A DNA stretch of 64,000 bases from Promethearchaeia archaeon (GTDB taxonomy: Archaea > Asgardarchaeota > Lokiarchaeia > Sigyniarchaeales > SOKP01). Shown here piece by piece: positions 58,888-64,000 of this stretch; within the stretch, counting starts at the first letter, position 1; each line of letters begins with the position of its first letter. A model generated the notes under the pieces. The model made no database searches. It was given only the letters and a program-made list of their open reading frames with translations, and was not told the origin of the DNA. The position numbers and the translations under genes were made by a program. The stretch is from NCBI GenBank assembly GCA_029856045.1, contig JAHQWG010000001.1, forward strand, positions 1 through 64,000, in the 5' to 3' direction.

Positions 58888-59538
58888 TTATTTTATCTCA
58901 ATGCGTTCGCCAGTAATCATATAGTGAATTTTTTCAGCCATTTTACATGTATGATCTCCGCATCTTTCAAGATAACGTGCAATCATTATGTAAGCTATAC
59001 ATATAGAAATATTTACTGGAGATTCCATCATATATGTAAGACACTCTCTGAAAATTGATAATCTTAATTCATCTACTTCATCATCTCGTTCTTCAAAATC
59101 CTTTATTGATGATATATCTGATTTCTCAAACGCATTCAATGCATCTATTATCATCTTTTCTACAATGGACATCATTTGGGGTATGCTGACAATTTTTTTA
59201 ATGTGAATCTTTCCCTTTAATTCCTTTGTAATAATATTGGTAATATCTTTCCCATAACGACCTATTCGCGTCAAGTATGTAATCATTTTAAGAATACATG
59301 CAATTGTTCGTAAATCACTTGCCATAGGTTGATAGAGAGTTATTAATTGTAATCCTTTTTTTTCAATACAATCATCATATTCCATCAATTTCTCTTTTCT
59401 TGAATAAATTTCTTCTGAAAGACTCATATCCAAGTTTTTTAACGCGTCTATTGAATTATTGAGCATATTCAATGCATAAAAGCCCATATCAATGACATCT
59501 TTTTTTAGATTTTCTAATTCATTATGAAATTTTTCCAT
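58888..59538 (-). CDS. phoU: Phosphate transport regulator PhoU
   Basis: YQPMASDLR, RIGRY, DDEVDE, LERCGDH. Confidence 0.95.
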   Translation of the reverse strand: MEKFHNELENLKKDVIDMGFYALNMLNNSIDALKNLDMSLSEEIYSRKEKLMEYDDCIEKKGLQLITLYQPMASDLRTIACILKMITYLTRIGRYGKDITNIITKELKGKIHIKKIVSIPQMMSIVEKMIIDALNAFEKSDISSIKDFEERDDEVDELRLSIFRECLTYMMESPVNISICIAYIMIARYLERCGDHTCKMAEKIHYMITGERIEIK

Positions 59539-59550
59539 TTTTTTTACCTC

Positions 59551-60381
59551 TTAACCAAATCTTCCAGTAATGTAATTTTCGGTTAATTTTTTATTTGGTC
59601 TTTCAAAAATTTGCTCCGTTTCACCAAATTCAATTAATTCTCCAAGATACATAAAACCTGTATAATCGCTTATTCTTGCTGCTTGTTGCATATTATGGGT
59701 TACAATTATAACAGTATATTTTTGTTTTAATTCATGGATTAAATCTTCAATTTTACCTGTTGCTATAGGATCAAGAGAAGATGTGGGTTCATCCATTAAA
59801 ATTACTTCAGGTTCCACAGCTAAAGCTCTTGCGATACATAACCTTTGCTGTTGACCTCCAGATAACCCCATAGCAGAATCTTTTAATCTATCACAGACTT
59901 CATCCCAAAGTACAGCTTTTTTAAGACTTTTTTCAACAATCTTGTCTAATTTATCAATATCATTTATTTTATGAATTCTTGGACCATATGCTACATTATC
60001 ATAAACTGACATTGGAAATGGATTAGGTTTTTGAAAAATCATACCTATCCTCTTCCTATATTCCATAACGTTATTGTTTGATGCGTAAATATTTTCTCCA
60101 TGAAATCTAACTTCGCCTTTAATCTTACAACATTCAATAACATCGTTCATTCGGTTAAAAGATCTTATTAAGGTACTCTTTCCACAACCAGATGGACCGA
60201 TAATTGCAGTTACTTTGTATTTTTTGACCTTCATATTAATATTTTTTAATGCACAATTATTCTCATACCAAAGGTTCAAATTTTTACATTTGATTATTAT
60301 ATTATTTTCATTTAAATCACTATTTGTTTCAAAATCACTACTGGTTAATCTTTTATTCTTTATTGAAAATTTTATATTCAT
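59551..60381 (-). CDS. pstB: Phosphate ABC transporter ATPase
   Basis: [44 protein letters not shown]. Confidence 0.97.
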   Translation of the reverse strand: MNIKFSIKNKRLTSSDFETNSDLNENNIIIKCKNLNLWYENNCALKNINMKVKKYKVTAIIGPSGCGKSTLIRSFNRMNDVIECCKIKGEVRFHGENIYASNNNVMEYRKRIGMIFQKPNPFPMSVYDNVAYGPRIHKINDIDKLDKIVEKSLKKAVLWDEVCDRLKDSAMGLSGGQQQRLCIARALAVEPEVILMDEPTSSLDPIATGKIEDLIHELKQKYTVIIVTHNMQQAARISDYTGFMYLGELIEFGETEQIFERPNKKLTENYITGRFG

Positions 60382-60386
60382 TCAAA

Positions 60387-62396
60387 TCACCATGTTTTTT
60401 TCTTTTTATAACGATTTCTTATTATAAAGGCAAAACTATATAAAATGGAAACCAAGATTAATAATACAAGAGCAGTTCCAGCGGCTTGTAGATCAGCGTT
60501 TGGTACATCTGTAGAGAGAATAAATAAATGAAAGGTTAAAGCCATTACCGGTTCGAGAGGTGAATTAGGTAATTTTCTTTGAGAGAAAATTACAGCAGTG
60601 AATAATATTGGAGCTGTTTCTCCAGCTGCTCTTCCCATTCCGAGAACTATTCCCGTGACTATTCCAGGTATAGCTGCAGGTAAGACAATTTTACTTATAC
60701 TTTGCCATTTAGTTGAACCTAATGCCAAACTTCCCTCTCTAAAAGATTGAGGAATACTTTTAACAGCTTCTTCTGTTGTTTTAATAATTGTTGGAAGAAT
60801 CATTAATCCTAAACTCAATCCACCTGCAAGCATTGAAATGCCAAAATCACAAAACACGACGAAAAATGCAAAACCAAACAAGCCAAATACAATAGATGGT
60901 GTACCATTTAAATTATCTATGCCTGCTCGTACAATTTTTGATATTTTACTATTTTTAGAAGAATATTCTGATAGGTAAATACCTGCCATTATACCTATGG
61001 GAACTGCAAATAATACAGAAATTCCCACAAGATAAAGCGTTCCTAATATTGCCGGCAAAATACCCCCCTCTCTTCCCAAATTACTTGGAAAACCAATAAC
61101 AAATTCTAATGTTATAGCGGGAAGACCTTTAATTATTACATAATAAATAATAAGACCAACAAAAAATAATACTATTAACGAAGCAATGGTTATTAAACAG
61201 TACCAAACTTTTTGTTTATTTTTTGCTGAGATAGAATTCATTGTGATTATTATACAAACAAAAACAAGGCAAAATAAAGTTGCATTTAGCCATCCCACTA
61301 AAGTACTTAATATAAAAGTAATTATTATTAAGGCTAAAGAATACACTAATAATCTTTTATTTTTTTTTAATTTGTGTTTTAATTTCAAATAAAAATTATT
61401 TTCATTTAGTTTTTGAGCAAATGCTAAATTTTTAAAAATTTTTCTCTTAGGAATACCTTGAAATTTCTTATTTATTCTTGACAAAATTATGTTTGCAATA
61501 GTATTTACTGCCAAAGTCATAAGAAATAATATAATTGCTAATGCAAATAATGATTCCCGATGAATACTTCCAGCTGGAGTTTCTCCCATTTCCAGTCCAA
61601 TACTAGCAGTTATAGTTCTAATACATGAAAAGATGTTTGTTATTGGATCAGGTATAATTGCACAATTACCGCATACCATTAAAACTGCCATAGTTTCACC
61701 CAATGCTCTGCCAATTCCCAAAATAATTCCCGCAGTAATACCAGAAAGACCAGAAGGTAAAACAACTTTACTTATTGTTTGCCATTTTGTTGCACCTACA
61801 GCAAGTGAGGCTTCTTTATAATAATTAGGCACTGCACTAATCGCATCTTCAGATACACTTACGATTGTTGGTAATGTCATAATTGCTAATATTATAGAAC
61901 CTGAAAACCAAGTATTACCAGAAGGAATATCAAAGGAAATCCTTATAAATTGATTCAAAACAATTATTCCAAAAAATCCGTAAACAACAGAAGGTATCCC
62001 TGAGAGAATCTCTACAGCTCCTTTAAGAAATCTACTAATTTTTGGGGGAGCAATCTCAGCAATAAAAATTGCAGTGCCAAGACCTAAGGGAATAGCAATG
62101 ACCATTGCTCCAATTGTTACTAATAAAGTTCCCAATATTAATGGAGCAGCTCCAAAATAATTCCGGCTAGGTAGCCATTTTGTTCCAGATAGGAAGTCAA
62201 ATAAGGAAACTTTTTGAAAAAAACCCCCTCCTAAGGCAAACAAAAATATAATTATAAAAAATATAAAAATTGTTGCTATAGAAGCAAATATGAAAAGAGA
62301 TGATTTTATTAAACAATCTCTAGAAAATGCTTTTTTTGAAAATCTTTTTATAACTGTTTCTAACCCTTCTTCTTGATAAGATAATGATATAGACAT
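60387..62396 (-). CDS. pstCA: Fused phosphate ABC permease PstC-PstA
   Basis: Two permease modules: GIPSVVYG..GRALGETMAV and GTPSIVFG..GRAAGETAP, joined by a basic/TM linker. Confidence 0.93.
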   Translation of the reverse strand: MSISLSYQEEGLETVIKRFSKKAFSRDCLIKSSLFIFASIATIFIFFIIIFLFALGGGFFQKVSLFDFLSGTKWLPSRNYFGAAPLILGTLLVTIGAMVIAIPLGLGTAIFIAEIAPPKISRFLKGAVEILSGIPSVVYGFFGIIVLNQFIRISFDIPSGNTWFSGSIILAIMTLPTIVSVSEDAISAVPNYYKEASLAVGATKWQTISKVVLPSGLSGITAGIILGIGRALGETMAVLMVCGNCAIIPDPITNIFSCIRTITASIGLEMGETPAGSIHRESLFALAIILFLMTLAVNTIANIILSRINKKFQGIPKRKIFKNLAFAQKLNENNFYLKLKHKLKKNKRLLVYSLALIIITFILSTLVGWLNATLFCLVFVCIIITMNSISAKNKQKVWYCLITIASLIVLFFVGLIIYYVIIKGLPAITLEFVIGFPSNLGREGGILPAILGTLYLVGISVLFAVPIGIMAGIYLSEYSSKNSKISKIVRAGIDNLNGTPSIVFGLFGFAFFVVFCDFGISMLAGGLSLGLMILPTIIKTTEEAVKSIPQSFREGSLALGSTKWQSISKIVLPAAIPGIVTGIVLGMGRAAGETAPILFTAVIFSQRKLPNSPLEPVMALTFHLFILSTDVPNADLQAAGTALVLLILVSILYSFAFIIRNRYKKKKTW

Positions 62397-62727
62397 TATA
62401 AATTCATAGTTCTTCTTTATTAGAAATAGTTTAATAACCACATTGTTTAAAGAGCCAAAGTTGCATACGAAATTCTTTCCTATTCTAGTATATTTTAATC
62501 TATTTAGGTAAGAAAAATTATGATTAAATAAAATTTATATCGCCATATTCTCTATATATGAATGTATTTTATATAGAAATTTCATAATATTATAGGAATG
62601 AGAATTTGGGTGATTTTTAATCAAAAATAATTATATAAATTATTATTTCAAACAAAAAAGATATTGAGTAAGTATTAAAACAATTGAAAAAAAATTTTTA
62701 AAAAATAATCTAAAATTTATTTCTAAA

Positions 62728-63600
62728 TTAACTCCATAAACGTACGAAACCTTCATCTTCGACGATTTGTTGTCCGAAAGGTCCAAAAATAAAGCTTATA
62801 AATGCTTTTGATGCTGCATTAGGTTCCCCGTTAGTTATTAAGTGTAAATATCGTGATATTCCATAAGACCCATCCTTTACATTAGCAATGGTTGGGGCTA
62901 TACCATCTATTTCTACACCAATTACATTATTATCAAGATAACCTAATCCAACAAATCCAATTGCATTTGGATTATTGGAAACTTCTGTTCTCATTACACC
63001 ATTAGACTGTGCTTTTTGGTGGTTAGCAACATAATTTTCATAATCTAAATCTTCATCTAATTGTGTGAGTTCTTCAAAACTTGATCTTGTTCCCGAACCT
63101 TCAACTCTATTCCAAATTACAATTAATGCTGTTGAAGTTATGCTACCAACTTCATCCCAGCTATCGTATGTTCCATTATAAATTCCTACTAGTTGTTCCC
63201 TTGTAAGATCAGTTAAACCATGAGTATTATCAGCATCAAAAATAACTGCTATTCCATCTAAAGCAAATGAATAATCTCTTAAAGAACCAGTTACATTTTC
63301 ATCTGGGGGTGATTTCACTGGACGTGAAGCCATACCAATATCTGTAATTCCATCAGTCACATGAGCTACTCCTGTACCCGAACCACCAGCACCAACTGTA
63401 ATAACATAGTCAGGATAGAGTCCCATAAATTCCTCTGCCGCTTTATCTATAATTGGAAAACAAGTCGTTGATCCATCAATATTTATCGTGTATGATTGTG
63501 TTCCATCCGCATTATAATAGAGAGCTGTGATTCCCCATGTTGCAAAAAAAGTAGTAATTATTGCAATTATAGCTAAATATGCTATTCCTTTTTTTTCCAT
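62728..63600 (-). CDS. pstS: Phosphate-binding protein PstS (N-terminal membrane anchor)
   Basis: DGSTT, GGSGTG, IGMASR, RVEGSGTR. Confidence 0.95.
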   Translation of the reverse strand: MEKKGIAYLAIIAIITTFFATWGITALYYNADGTQSYTINIDGSTTCFPIIDKAAEEFMGLYPDYVITVGAGGSGTGVAHVTDGITDIGMASRPVKSPPDENVTGSLRDYSFALDGIAVIFDADNTHGLTDLTREQLVGIYNGTYDSWDEVGSITSTALIVIWNRVEGSGTRSSFEELTQLDEDLDYENYVANHQKAQSNGVMRTEVSNNPNAIGFVGLGYLDNNVIGVEIDGIAPTIANVKDGSYGISRYLHLITNGEPNAASKAFISFIFGPFGQQIVEDEGFVRLWS

Positions 63601-63832
63601 TTTTGTATTCCTTATTTCTTATTTAAATATTTTTTATTAAATCTTGAAAGTAGGAATTTTTTATGATATTTATTCGGTTTCGACATAAAATATGGATTTT
63701 AAAAGAGAATATTGATGGCAATATATAATATATAGTTGAAGTTAATAATGGATACCAAATCCAATTATTTTATTTTTCTGATAGAAAATCTTAATTTTAA
63801 ATTTCTTAAATAAATATATAATTTCTTGATTT

Positions 63833-63900
63833 TATATATAGAATATGTAATCTATATATAGAAATATATAAAAGATATTTTTAATTTATATATATAAATT
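63833..63900. promoter_or_regulatory. TATATA-core palindromes in the divergent pstS / regulator promoter
   Basis: Perfect palindromes TCTATATATAGA (63851-63862) and AATTTATATATATAAATT (63883-63900). Confidence 0.4.
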
Positions 63901-63943
63901 ATATTGAAAAAGAATAGAATAAGTCTAAAGTAAAGTAATTAAT

Positions 63944-64000
63944 ATGGAAATGCGAAAAGTTCAAATCACAGGAGGGTCATCATTTACGATAACTCTTCCA
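63944..64000 (+). CDS. AbrB-domain phosphate uptake regulator (PhoU family), 5' fragment
   Basis: MEMRKVQITGGSSFTITLP is the typical N-terminus of archaeal AbrB-PhoU regulators; divergent from pstS. Confidence 0.85.
   Translation, partial: MEMRKVQITGGSSFTITLP

Noticed and set aside
255-61821. Short antisense or overlapping ORFs in the track (e.g. 255-497, 5925-6200, 18484-18858, 24257-24448, 26121-26393, 34151-34462, 61186-61392)
   Set aside because: Nearly all are shadow frames of well-supported genes; they have F/I/S/L-biased composition and no motifs.
1-64000. Selenoprotein genes (UGA read-through) or SECIS elements
   Set aside because: ORFs ending in TGA (rpl15, rps8, rps19, the 435-aa ORF, acyltransferase 2, pstCA) end at natural C-termini or overlap the next start. 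No convincing AUGA..AA..GA hairpin was seen by eye; a covariance-model search is still advisable.
1-64000. CRISPR arrays, IS elements, integrases, rRNA
   Set aside because: No regularly spaced repeats, transposase or integrase motifs, or long GC-rich structural RNA seen. The 65-bp repeat has no associated recombinase.

Overview
AT-rich, gene-dense chromosomal segment of an archaeon, most likely an Asgard (Lokiarchaeia-like) genome. The basis is selenocysteine machinery of the archaeal/eukaryotic type alongside roadblock, OST3/6-DC2-like, CdvA-like and RPC34/TFE-beta-like proteins. Contents in order: SepSecS + tRNA-Sec (9/4 fold) + SelB; a probable cobalamin ECF S-component and a DUF4430 protein that share a duplicated upstream region; the uS19-to-uL15 ribosomal protein operon (including an unannotated uS14 and RNase P Rpp29, with no secY); ribokinase; a CrtI-like oxidoreductase; an operon of a 435-aa unknown protein and a DapA-like aldolase fused to formaldehyde-activating enzyme (Fae); a 2032-aa Trp-rich surface protein; the glycine cleavage system; MptE; two RecA-family paralogs; RlmE; Trm1; a DUF362 / class-III aminotransferase / kinase-like / HAD / UbiA region; and the pst-phoU phosphate locus. 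I found no mobile elements, CRISPR arrays, rRNA genes or selenoprotein genes. The best candidate for an undescribed system is the aldolase-Fae operon, which would link an aldol reaction to the H4MPT C1 pool. Next are the kinase-like + PLP enzyme pair and two genes that appear to start at ATA. All family calls come from recognising motifs by eye; no searches were run.
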